NCBI RefSeq assembly: GCF_009914755.1
Contig: NC_060947.1
Length of the DNA: 64,000 bases
DNA from: the human T2T-CHM13v2.0 reference genome, Homo sapiens
Reading direction: 5' to 3' (one strand)
A model generated the notes under the pieces. The model was not told the origin of the DNA, made no database searches, and saw only the letters and a list, made by a program, of their open reading frames with translations. Made by a program: the position numbers and the translations under genes. Positions 32,641 to 49,212 of the stretch are shown here, in pieces (position 1 is the first letter of the stretch; the number at the start of each line of letters is the position of its first letter).

Positions 32641-33256
32641 TGCCACATACCAGGCAACCTCCCATCCCACCCCCGACCCTGCCCTGGGCGAGCCCCTCCT
32701 TCTCCCCTGCCGGTGCACAGGCCTCTGCCTGCTGGGGATTACTCGATCAAAACCTTCCTTCCCTGGCTACTTCCCTTCCTCCCGGGGCCTTCCTTTTGAG
32801 GAGCTGGAGGGGTGGGGAGCTAGAGGCCACCTATGCCAGTGCTCAAGGTTACTGGGAGTGTGGGCTGCCCTTGTTGCCTGCACCCTTCCCTCTTCCCTCT
32901 CCCTCTCTCTGGGACCACTGGGTACAAGAGATGGGATGCTCCGACAGCGTCTCCAATTATGAAACTAATCTTAACCCTGTGCTGTCAGATACCCTGTTTC
33001 TGGAGTCACATCAGTGAGGAGGGATGTGGGTAAGAGGAGCAGAGGGCAGGGGTGCTGTGGACATGTGGGTGGAGAAGGGAGGGTGGCCAGCACTAGTAAA
33101 GGAGGAATAGTGCTTGCTGGCCACAAGGAAAAGGAGGAGGTGTCTGGGGTGAGGGAGTTAGGGAGAGAGAAGCAGGCAGATAAGTTGGAGCAGGGGTTGG
33201 TCAAGGCCACCTCTGCCTCTAGTCCCCAAGGCCTCTCTCTGCCTGAAATGTTACAC

Positions 33257-33262
33257 ATTAAA
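33257..33262 (+). terminator. GJB1: GJB1 polyadenylation signal ATTAAA
   Basis: ATTAAA followed about 30 nt later by GU-rich gtggcttgtgtgtttgtc. Confidence 0.75.
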
Positions 33263-34843
33263 CAGGATTTTACAGTAAATGAAGAGGTGGCTTGTGTGTT
33301 TGTCAAGTTCTTTCTCCTGCAACCTCTGACCTCCCCCAGGATGAGCTGGCCTTGGTTTTTTACTGATTAAGAAAGGAACAGGGCAAAAGAAGTAGTTACT
33401 TGAGTAGCTGAAGCTGCAAATGAGGAAATCACTGTACTTCTGGGCCGCAGAGCCAGCCCCGGAGCCATTCCTCCCTGTTGCTTTTGTTGTTGTGGTTCTT
33501 GTCTTTTTCATTGTCTAATAACAGCTTTATTGGGATTTAGTTTACATACCTCCTTCCTCTGATTTTGAAAAGATTAAAAATGACAACTCCCTCTGAAGAG
33601 ACAAGAAATGATTGGGAAATTTCTCCTGCCCCAGAGAATGGCACAATTCCCTGGGTACCTCGGTGAGAGCCCCTCCCCCGCACATCTGGAGACCTATCTC
33701 CTTACTCCCTCCAAACTCAGCATCCCCTACAAGCTGATGTCCCACAGTCCACCTGTTGGGTTGCACGATGACCCTGACCCCTTTCAGCTGGACAGAGCCC
33801 CTAATTTCATCCTCTTTCCCAGTTTCCTTCTCTCAGGAATCAATGCTTCCCATTCCAGAGATGCCTCCACACAGGTCAAACATTTCATAGCAGCAGTTTC
33901 CTCACCAGCATCACCCTCCCCTGTCAGCTGTGGTAGGAAATGCCCCAGGCTGAGACTTGGAAAAGCTGCGCTGGAGTCCTGATGCTGTCACTTAGTAGCG
34001 GGGCATTCCCTCCCCCGAACCTCAGCTTCCTTATGAGCAAACGAGAACTGGCCCAGCACATCTCTCAGCTCCCTTCAACACTCTGTGCTTCTGGGATTCC
34101 TGAAAGATTTCCCCAAGTAACAGTGCATTATCTTCCCCCAGCCTCACAGGGGTTTCCTTAGAGTCACTGCCCCCACAAATAGCCTCTCAGAGTAAAAGTT
34201 TCCCCCATGGCAAGTTTGCCTCCTCAGCTTCCTTACCTCCGAACAGGAGAAATTATTTGCCACTCCCTCTCAGAGTATGTGGACTCCATGTAGGAAGTGC
34301 TGGATATCAGAAAGGGAGAGAAAATCAGACACAATCTCATGTGAATTGTTCTCCCTTGAGACAGTTTTTCCTCTTTGGAGAGAAAGCATGGAAGTTTTCT
34401 TTATTTGAGATTTCTCCTTTAGAAAAAAAAAAAAGGAAGACTGGATGTGGTGGCTCATGCCTGTAGTCCCAGCACTTTGGAAGGCCAAGGGGAGAGAATC
34501 ACTTGAGCCCATGAGTTTGAGACCAGTCTGAGCAACATAGAGAGACCCCATCTCTACAAAAAAAATAAAATAAAACAATTAGTCAGGTGTGGTGGCATGT
34601 GCCTGTAGTCCCAAGCTATTTCGGATGCTGAGGTGGGAGGATAACTCGAGCCCAGGAGGAGGTTGAGGCTGCAGTCAGCTGTGATCACGCCACTGCACTC
34701 CAGCCCGGGCCAGAGAGTGAGACCTTGTCAAGAAAGAAACAAAGAAAGAAAAGGAAGGAAGGAAGGAAGGGAGGGAGGGAGAGAGGGAGGGAGGGAGGGA
34801 AGGAAATGAGACCTTTAGAGGCCGAAGCAAGAGGATTGCATGA

Positions 34844-35098
<255 letters not shown>

Positions 35099-36944
35099 TA
35101 GCCAGGATGGTCTCAATCTCCTGACCTCGTGATCTGCCCGCCTCGGCCTCCCAAAGAGCTGGGATTACAGGTGTGAGCAACCGCGCCCGGCCTCCCATCT
35201 CTATTTTTAAAAAATTGAAAGAAAGAAAGGAGAGAGTAAGTATTCCTTTCCACCACACTTAGTAATCCCTGAGAGAGAGCTTCCTCTCCCTTAAAAGAGG
35301 AACATTCCTTTCCTACAAGAAATTTCCTTTCCCCTTAGAAACTGACATTATGTTCCATCAGAGGAGAGGTCCCCACCCCCTCACGGTGAGAGAGATTCCT
35401 TTTCTTATCGAAATCCATCCTTTTCACCCACAACAATACAACAAACACATCCCCTCTCCATACAACATGCCATCAGGAGAAAGATTTTCTTTTTAAAATT
35501 CCATCCTGGTCCTGGTCGGAAGCAGGGAACCTCATGCCCTCTCCACATTGAGAAATGCTAACCCCCACCATCACATCAGAAATGTAGTTTCTCTTCAAAG
35601 ATTCTACCAATCCCCCTTGGAAAGAGGCTCCAACTCTATATCAAGGCTTTCCTCTCCAGGGGGCAGTGGTGGGACAATAAAGCTATCAGGCTGGGTGTTA
35701 CAGCCCAAGTGGGGGACACAGGATTCTTGGGTCCCATGAACCAGGTAGGAACAGGCCCAAGGAACCTTGAGGGGAGCTGGTGGACACAATGTCTCAGGGA
35801 GGTAGGAGGCAGAGTTAGACTGACTCCAAGACTGACTTTTCAAATCAGGCTCTGTCACAAGAGTATAAGAGAGAGACACAGAGGCAAATGAGGCATGCTC
35901 TCTGCCACGCAGTAGAAATTCAATGTGCTGAGTGACCTGGGTTATGAAGAGGACACTGGAATTAGGAGACCTCGTTCTCCACTGATGAGCTCTGTCCCCT
36001 TGGACACGTGATATTTACCCTCTCCAGGTCTGTTTCCTCATCTCCAATAGAGAGTTAATAATAACCTCTCTACCTCTTTCACAGAACTTTTTTGAGAATC
36101 AGACAAGATGTGTTCAAAAGCTGGTTATGAACTAACGGTAAAGTAAGGTAAGATAGTATCATAAGCACTGAGACCATGGCCTTACGACATGCTAGAATTC
36201 TCAATGAGCCAGAAAGGAGTGAGGCTGGTTCAGGTAGGCTGAAGCTAGTTAAAACAATTTGTCAATAATAGTGTTGGCTCCCCCAGGGAGTGGACACCAG
36301 TCCAAACAGCAAAGTCCAAGAGAGGTTGCAAACCTGAGCATGATTCATTTAAGGGTCAATATTCAAGGGGTCTGATCAGGGGGCAGAAAAGGCATAGTAA
36401 CAGGAAGCTCTTGCATGCTGTATCTCATGGAACTGGTCCTTTTAGGAATGTCTATGATCTTTTAGAGGTGTCTATGCACAGAGATGCCAGGAGCTGGGGG
36501 GCAAAGGAACAGAGGCAGATGAACTAGGAGAGTAATCAAGGCCTCCAGCCAGCTGAGTTGGGGTTTGAAAGCAAGCTGTGGTATCCATAGAGAATTGGCA
36601 TGGCAACCACAAACTGGTTCAGATGTTCAATCAGATAGCCTGGGTGCACACAGTGGGGGCTAGAGGGGAATGCTTGCTCCATTTACTGATTCCAAAGTAC
36701 TTAAATGCCAGACCTGGCCTATGGTGCAGAAGGGGCTACACAATCGTACCAAGCTAAGCTCCTGTTGATTCCTGGAGTAGGCCAGGGAGAATGTACAGGG
36801 TCAAATGGAAAATGGATTGGGACATTCCAGCAAGGGGCAAATAAAACAGACAAAAAATACCCTACAGATATGACAGGAATTGGCTGGGCACAGTGGCTGT
36901 TGCCTGTAATCCCAGCAATTTGGGAAGCCAAAGCAGGCAGATCA

Positions 36945-37509
<565 letters not shown>

Positions 37510-38189
37510 TCAAACTTGTGTGTTTGGAAGGTCAGCCAGCAGCTGCATGGAGACTGGATTGGGGATTGAAGACTGAGACAGATTGACCAGGTACTGCCAG
37601 GTGCAGTGGCACACCTGTGGTCCCACCTACTTGGGAGGCTGAGGTGGAAGGATTCCTTGAACCCAAGACTTTGAGACCAGTCTGGTCAACATAGTGAGAC
37701 CCTGTCTCTAAAAAAAAAGACCAGTTATGGAGCTGTTGCAATAGCCCAAGTGGCGCCTGTAGGACTAGGACAGTGGCAGAGGAATATGAAGAGGAGACAG
37801 GTGTGAGAGACATTTTGGATGTAGAACCTACAACAGGACTTCATGTCTGAGTTGTGGGGTGTGGAAGAGCCAAAGGTAATTTGAGGTTTCCTTTCCCTCC
37901 TTTGACTGGAAAGCTCCTAATCATTCAAAACTCATCTCAAACGTCGTTTCCTCTGTGAAGCCATCAACTCTTCTTTCCCCGCTGATCAAGTCCCTTGGAG
38001 AGACTCTCCAATTCAGACCTCCACTCTGAATTCCCACAATATGACTGTGGTGTATGTGATAAGAGCGCTTATCACATTATATGGTGCCAGGTGCGGTGAC
38101 TCACACTTGTAATCCTAGCTGCTCAAGAAGATGAGGTGGGAGGATTGCTTGGAGACCAGCCTGGACTACACAGTGAGACCCCATCTCTA

Positions 38190-38602
<413 letters not shown>

Positions 38603-38605
38603 TTA

Positions 38606-38857
<252 letters not shown>

Positions 38858-38897
38858 CTATTGTGCTCCAGCCTGGCTGACAGAGCAAGACTCCATC

Positions 38898-39060
38898 AGA
38901 AAGAAAGAAAGAAAGAAAGAGAGGAAGGAAGGAAGGATGGAAGGAAGGAAGGAAGGAAGGAAGGAAGGAAGGAAGGAAGGAAGGAAGGAGAAGGGGAAGG
39001 GGAAGGGGAAGGAAGAGGGGGAAGGGGGAAGGGGGGAAGGGAGGGAGGAAAAGAAAGAAA
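38898..39060. repeat. (GAAA)n/(GGAA)n purine-rich Alu-tail microsatellite
   Basis: Direct reading. Confidence 0.92.
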
Positions 39061-39618
39061 CTATTGTGTGGTAATCACTTGCATAAGCTTAACACATAGT
39101 AGGTGCTTAGTAGCCTGTGGGATTCAGGGCAGCGGGGAAGAAGACATATGCATGTGCAAAGATTCAGAGTCGTGAGAGAGTAGAATGTGTTCACTGTGAC
39201 TAGAGCAGAAAATGCATGGGATGGGGAGTGGGGTGGTTGCAGTAGGAGGTGAGACTGGCAAAGCAGGTCGGGGCTGGTCAGTGAAAAGTCTCATAGAAAT
39301 GCATGCAGGTTTGCACAGGAGTCTGGACTCCAGTATCACGTGTAGAAGCCCTTCTGACATAAAAGTTAAGCCCCTACTAGACTAACAGGCAATTCTGTAC
39401 TCATGATCATGGATGGACTGTAGAGGTCTTCAGGAGATCCAGATCAGGGCAGACCTTTGCACAAACAGATGTGTTAAAGTTGACAGTGAACTATGGAAGA
39501 AAGACCAGAATTATTTGAAAGTGGACTTCAAGGAGAAAGCGTAATTTACACAGGATGGTGACCAACTGTTCTCCATTTTTTTCACCACAACTGAAGCCCC
39601 TGTGAAAAGTTAGTGTCA

Positions 39619-39993
<375 letters not shown>

Positions 39994-40523
39994 TTAGTTT
40001 CCTCATCTATAAAGCATGAGTACCTGTGTCACAGGGCTGTAGTGAGGATTAAATGTGTCCATTATATATAAAGCACTTCAAACAAGGCCTGGTCGATAGT
40101 AAGCCCTACACAAGGGTGTGCTGTTATTATTTCATCTCACCATCTTCGCTGTTTCTCCAGCTATTCACCAATTCTCTCAAACACTGAGTTAAACTCTGTC
40201 TCACCTAATTAACATGCTTGCTTTTTTTTTTTTTTAGACAGGGTCTCACTCTGTTGCCCAGGCTGTAATGCAGTGGTGCCATCATAGCTCACTGCAACCC
40301 CAAACTCCTAGCTCCAGTGATCCTCCCTCCTCAGCCTCCCAAAGGGCTGGGATTACAGGCGTGAGCCACTGTGCCTGGCTTAACATGTTTTCTTGACTGT
40401 CTAACTGTCCATAGTCATGTGCGTGTGCTTAAGCAAGCAAGTCTGTATGTTTGCATGCATATGATATATCATTGTATTGATACATATGACCACATTAACA
40501 TGTATGTGGGAGGATGGCTGTGA

Positions 40524-40712
<189 letters not shown>

Positions 40713-41120
40713 TAGAGATGGGGTTTCACCATGTTGGCCAGGCTGGTCTCCAACTCCTGACCTCAGGTAATCCGCCTGCCTTGGCCTCCCAAAGTGCTGG
40801 GATTACAGGCGTGATCCACTGCGCTCTGCCAAGTGCCTTAACTCTTAATGTAGTTTTAATGAAAAGGATGTGTCCCAATCATAATATGGTCTGCAACTTT
40901 ATTACCAGACTTAGAAATGACTTAGGTGGGCCAGGCGCACCATACTATGGAGCACCTAATATGTGCCAGATTTGGTGCTACATTAAGCACTGACATGTAT
41001 AATCTCAGTACTGGCAAGGTAGCTATTATTATCCCCATACTTGTAGATGAGGAAATGGAGACTCAGAGAAGTTAAGTAATATGTCCAAAGGTTGCACTGC
41101 AGAGCTAGAATTAAAACCTA

Positions 41121-41582
<462 letters not shown>

Positions 41583-42296
41583 CTAAGTACTAATGTGCTG
41601 GAAAACAACATGTTTGTACAGGATCCCTAAGGTTAAGAGAGAGAAATGGTGAAAGTTGAGGAAGGGGCTGCCCTGCACTCAGGCAGGGAAGGGCAGTTTT
41701 GTGGGGAGAGGGCCCTTCCCAGGATGTCTACCTGGAGCAGGATCCAGAAATTGTCCATCCCTGGGAAGGGAGGCAACCTGGGGAGTGCAGGGAAGATGTG
41801 GAGAGACAGTTATTCAGAACCCCTTAACCTTCTTTGGCCTAAGTCAAGATAAGCTGTTGAAACTGTCACCCTTTCTCTCCCTTCACCTTAGGGATCCCAA
41901 ACACACTTTATTTTCCCACAGTCTCCCCTAACCCCTTTCTGTTTCTGCTCCAGCTTTCTTCAAAGGACAAAGCCTTTCATTCCTCAGTTAGAGATAATTG
42001 TCTTGAAATGCAGATACCTGGGAGAACTCATTCACACTAAAATATAATCAATTAACAGACAAACAAGTTCTGGTAATTCTGCTTTTCAAATCTTTCTCAA
42101 ATCCCTTTTCTCCTCAGCATCCCCATTGTCACTGCTACTTTCCTTCAAGGCCTTGCCAGAATCTAACTGATAATGTGGACGAGACTGAACTTGGATTAAA
42201 ACACTTGCTCCATGCCGGGCACTGTGCTAAACATTACCTCCTTTAATCCTCACTATCACTGAGGCAAGCTCCGTCTTGTTCGCGTTTTACAGATGA

Positions 42297-42945
<649 letters not shown>

Positions 42946-43688
42946 TAGTGAAAGTTTTTTCATGGCTTTCCACTGCTTGTAGGAAAAAGTATAACAGGAA
43001 GACAGACTAGGATAAAGTATGACCATCCCAGCTTGCCAGAACTGAGGGATTCTCAGGATGCTGAACTTTCTTTCTTTCTTTCTTTCTTTCTTTTTTTTTT
43101 TTTTTTGAGACGGAGTCTCGCTCTGTCGCCCAGGCTGGAGTGCAGTGGTGCTATCTCGGATAACTGCAAACTCCGCCTCCCGGGTTCACGCCATTCTCCT
43201 GCCTCAGCCTCCTGAGTAGCTGGGATTACAGGCGCCCGCCACCACGCCCGGCTAATTTTTCTATTTTTTTAGTAGAGATGGGGTTTCACCATGTTAGCCA
43301 GGATGGTCTCAATCTCCTGACCTTGTGATCCACCCACCTCGGCCTCCCAAAGTGCTGGGATTACAGGCGTGAGCCACCACGCCTCGCCAGGATGCTGAAC
43401 TTTCATTGCTGAAACTGGGGGAGTCCTGGGCAAACTGAGATGGTTGGTCACTCTAGCAGGGTGTGGCATGGCATAGCATTCAATGCCTTTCACAACCTGA
43501 CCTCTATTTATTTTCCCAGCAACACCTCCCACCACCCTCAGCCTTTCCACTACGTCCTCTCCACCTTCTTTGCAGCCCAGCCACCCTTTCCTGCAGACAC
43601 TCGGTGCTGTGTTATGCCTCCATGCCTTTGTTCACACTGATCCCTGCACCTCTACTCTGCCTGACAAGCTATTGCCCACTCTTCATGA

Positions 43689-44075
<387 letters not shown>

Positions 44076-44712
44076 TAGTAGAGACGGGGTTTCACTATTT
44101 TGGCCAGGCTGGTCTCGAACTCCTGATCTCATGATCTGCCTGCCTCGGCCTCTCAAAGTGTTGGGATTACAGGCATGAGCCACTGTGCCCGGCCTCTTTT
44201 TTTTTTTTTTTCGATGGAGTCACATTCTGTCGCCCAGGCTGGAGTGAGTGGCAACCTCCACCTCCCGGGTTCAAGTGATTCTCCTGCCTCAGCCTCCCAA
44301 GTAGCTGAGATTACAGGTGCCCACCAAGTTGAGCTAATTTTTGTATTTTTAGTAGAGAAGAGTTTCACCTTGTTGGCCAGGCTGGTCTCAATTACAGGCA
44401 TGAGCCACTGCACCCGGCCACCTCTAACCTTTCTTGATTTCCTGGGAGAGAGTGAGAAACAATTACATTCTACCTTGGCTATTTTATTGACATGTGAGTC
44501 TTTCCCAGGGTCAGGACTGGGGTGAGGCAGTCGAGGCACCTAGAAGGCAAATGTAAGGAGGCACTCCCTCTTGGGGTCATACAAATGCCAACCCTGTACG
44601 TATGTAACCCTGAGAACAAGTGCCCTTACATTTTTCACCCTAGGTGCCTCAATTGCCTCACCCAGTCCCAGCCCTGGTCTTCCCTATCAGACTAGGAACT
44701 TCTCAAGAGTAG

Positions 44713-45045
<333 letters not shown>

Positions 45046-45820
45046 TGACCCTAGGTTCTTATTCATGTTTGTATTCATAGTAACATGAGGCTCAGAACAG
45101 AGTAGATATCTAGTTGAACAAATGACATCAGGCCCTTCTCTGTTTCAACAAGGGAAGAAGGTAAGAGGAAGTGGATAGTTTGGCACCCTTCTCTCATTGT
45201 GAATGGGAGAAGGAGAAGGTCTATTTAAGACTTCATCCTGGCCTGGACTGCAAGGACAGTTTTTCATCAGGTGGTTATGTCTTTGGCATCTGTCAGATTT
45301 GGGGTTCCTCCTACTTCTCTGGTCTCTCCCTCTCAGTGCCTTTCTCTGGTTAACTGGAGACATTCTCCAAAGTACTGTGTTTGGGTTTTTTGTCCTCTTC
45401 TGTCTTCACTCTATGTTCCCAAGTGACCTTGTGTACTCCCAGAGCTTCAGCGAGAAGCTCTGCAGATGACTTCTAAATTAACACCTCATCTCTCTCCTAA
45501 GCCTCCGACTTGAATTTCTAACTGCCTACTACATACGGTAACGTGTAGCATCAATATTTGTTCTTTTGGGTCTGTTGTCTCATCTGACCTTCTCAACACT
45601 TCTGTGAGAAAGTCAGGGCAGAATATGAACTCATTTTTTAGGTGAGGCTCGAAAAGGTTGTCTTGCCCAAGATTTTATGGCAGACCTATGATTAGAAACT
45701 CAAGTCTGGGTGTTCTCTCTGCTGTGCCATGTTGCATGGTGCACCACAAGGGTGTTTCAATGGAGTCTTGAAACCAATGTGATAAAAATCTCAACTTATT
45801 AGCAACATTCTCCTATCCCT

Positions 45821-45825
<5 letters not shown>

Positions 45826-45866
<41 letters not shown>
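45826..45866. repeat. (CA)20 microsatellite
   Basis: Direct reading. Confidence 0.95.
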
Positions 45867-45868
<2 letters not shown>

Positions 45869-45958
45869 CCCGAAAAAAAAAAAAAAAAAAAACTTGGCTG
45901 GGCATGGTGGCTCATGCCTGTAATCCCACCACTTTGGGAGGCCGAGGCGGGCAGATCA

Positions 45959-46560
<602 letters not shown>

Positions 46561-47741
46561 TGATTCACCAGCTCTGCCTCTCAAAGTGCTGGGATTACAG
46601 GCATGAGCCACCCCCCCAGAACCTTTACTTCTAATGATTCATCAGATCCTGCAGACTTGACCTTCAAAATGCCTGAAATTTACTTTGAATCTATCTTTTT
46701 TTCCCTTCCCTATCCCCACAGTCCCCATTGAGGTCCACAGAACCTCTTAGCCATACTCCTTCCACCAATCTCCAGGCTTTCAGGCCTACTCCCACTCGCT
46801 ATTCTTCATATTGTTCTGGGGATTGTCTCCCTAAAGAAATAGATCTGAGCCTACCACCCCTTGGTTGGAAAAATCTCAGCCTTGCACTTCCCACCTCTAC
46901 ATCTGTGGCCTCCCAACCCTTTCCACTTTGTGTTTGAGGCCCAGGTCTAATGCCACCTCCCTTGGTAAACCCTCACATAGCCTCCCTATAAACGTGTGTT
47001 GTCTGTTTTCTAGACAAAGTTTCACTCTGTCACCCAGAATGGGTGCGGTGGGGTGGTCTGGGCTCATTGCAACCTCGCCTCCCAGGCTCAAACGATCCTC
47101 CTCAGCCTCAGCTTCCTCAATAGCTGTGATTACTGGTGTGCGTCACCATGCCCAGTTAATTCTTGTATTTTTGTTAGAGATGGGGTTTTGCCATGTTGCC
47201 CAGGCTAGTCTTGAACTCCTGGGTTCAAGGAATCCTCCCACCTTGGCCTCCCAAAGTACTGGGATTACAGACGCAAGCCACTGCACCCAGCCTCCCTGTA
47301 AACCTGAAGTGAGTTATTTATTCCTCTGTCCTCCCATAGCACTATTCATTTTATTCTGCCTGTATTATGACTAATTGTGTACTATTTGGTCTCCCCTATA
47401 GCCTGGGAGCCTGCTGGGGATTGGATCCTGGTCTAACCAGTCTTTTTGTATTTTTTGAAGCACGTAATCTAGGTCTTTAAACATAATAGGTCCTTAATAC
47501 ATAGCTAGTGAGTGAGTATTTTTTTTTCCTTAAGTGTTTGGAAACTTGTTATAAAAAAAAAACAAAAACAAAAACAAAAAAAACAAAAAAAACACCACAT
47601 TCCCAGTAGATCCAAAGTAAGACAGTAAAGTAAGAACGATTCTCAAACACCTGACTTGTTTACACTTGGAGAGATTTGAAGTTATCCAGTGTTGCTCCTC
47701 TATATCCATCACCCAGAAAAGACAAAAGACAATTTTAACTC

Positions 47742-47747
47742 TTTATT
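47742..47747 (-). terminator. ZMYM3: ZMYM3 polyadenylation signal AATAAA
   Basis: tttatt on +, about 1.27 kb past the stop codon, at the end of the unique 3'UTR-like sequence. Confidence 0.75.
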
Positions 47748-49019
47748 TGAAACAAACAATTTCAGAGACAGAAGGTTAGTCGTGACAACAGCTTCTCACT
47801 ACAACACAAGGGTGGGCATGGCTCACTGAAGGGACAGGCCAGGCGCCTCAGAACAATATATACAATTTAAACAGTGGCTAACTGGTGACAGTTATAAAAA
47901 CACAAAAAGGAGCCTGGGAAACAGCAAAGTCAACAGGGAAAGAAGTGGGTACCCCCTTTGCCAGAAGCTAATTGTTTTCTGGGACCTCCAATGCAAGATG
48001 GGGAAGAGAGAAGATGTAGGCAGTGGCGGCAGGCCCTGCGCCCACAGCTCCTCGCCTGTCCTTTGACCACAGATCCCATCCTGCATGACTCAAGGTCCCA
48101 TAGGCTTGGCCTAGCTCTTATGATAGGGGAACAATAGAGGGGAACCCAGCCTCAACCCAAGTCAGAAGGTAGTTTTTGCCTTGGGAGGTCTGTCCATTGA
48201 ACTAAAGGGAGGCAGTTACAGAGGGGGCTAAGCATGTTGACACCATGGCTCATGGCAACCTAAGATGGCAGAGAGACAAACACAGAAACCAAGGGGACAG
48301 GAGTCTGCACAACAGGAGTCTGCTCCCCGTACTTAGTCATTCTCTGCCTCTGAGGAAAAAAAGGCATTTGGAAGATTTTAAAAACGGCAGCACCAAGGAT
48401 TGGTGCTTGCCGAGGGGGTGAGGGATATGCGGTGGTGAGATGGTGCCAACAACCAATTATTTCATAGGAGGGGAAGAGTGTCTAAGCTCTGTGTTTTATG
48501 TAAATGGTCCCCTCATCGCTTTCATTGTTTATTTCTTACCTTTCAGATAAGACCTTTTGGCATGGTGCTGGGGAAGAGTAGAGAAGGGAGTGGGCACAGG
48601 GCAGAGAAGGCAGCTGGGTTTTTCCCTAGGTCATGCCTAGGAACAAGAGGCTCTACCTATGCGGGATGGGTCAGGAAACCCAAAGCCAACAGGATCACCA
48701 GAGCTATTAACACTCCACCCAGAGTCTGGACCCAGAAGGAGGGGTTTACTCTGAAGCATAAAGAAAACGGGCAAGCTGGCTTTTGCCCATCACTGGGAGA
48801 CCAGCCCCTGAGTACAGAAGACCAGGGCCCCATGGTTGTCAAGTGGTACGGAAGAAGATAAAAGCCAGGGTTCCTAGAGAAGGCAGGGAATGGGTGAGCG
48901 GAAAGGAGCAGTCAGGGCCCTTCAGAATGAGTAGCATTGGTTCCTGGGCCTGTCACCCTGAGGGACATGGCCACAGGACAGACATTGATGTGAAAGATGG
49001 ATATGGATGGCACACGAGC

Positions 49020-49212
49020 TCAGTCCAGGTCTTCCTCCCCAGGACGACCCAGTTCCTCATAAATCTCGCGCACAGCCAGGATGCGATTGAGCATGCTCTC
49101 CAACATGCTGCGGTCCATGGGGATCACAGAATACCAGAGAGGTGACTCGGCGATGCAGGACCGTTCAGGTTGCAGGTAGAACACATCGTTGCGAGTCCGG
49201 AGGCTTTCAGGA
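49020..49212 (-). CDS. ZMYM3: ZMYM3 exon 25 coding part (...PESLRTRND...GEEDLD*)
   Basis: Acceptor 49213-14; TGA at 49022-49020; 193 nt. Confidence 0.95.

Noticed and set aside
36265-36720. Possible old LTR fragment
   Set aside because: Could not assign a family or boundaries by eye
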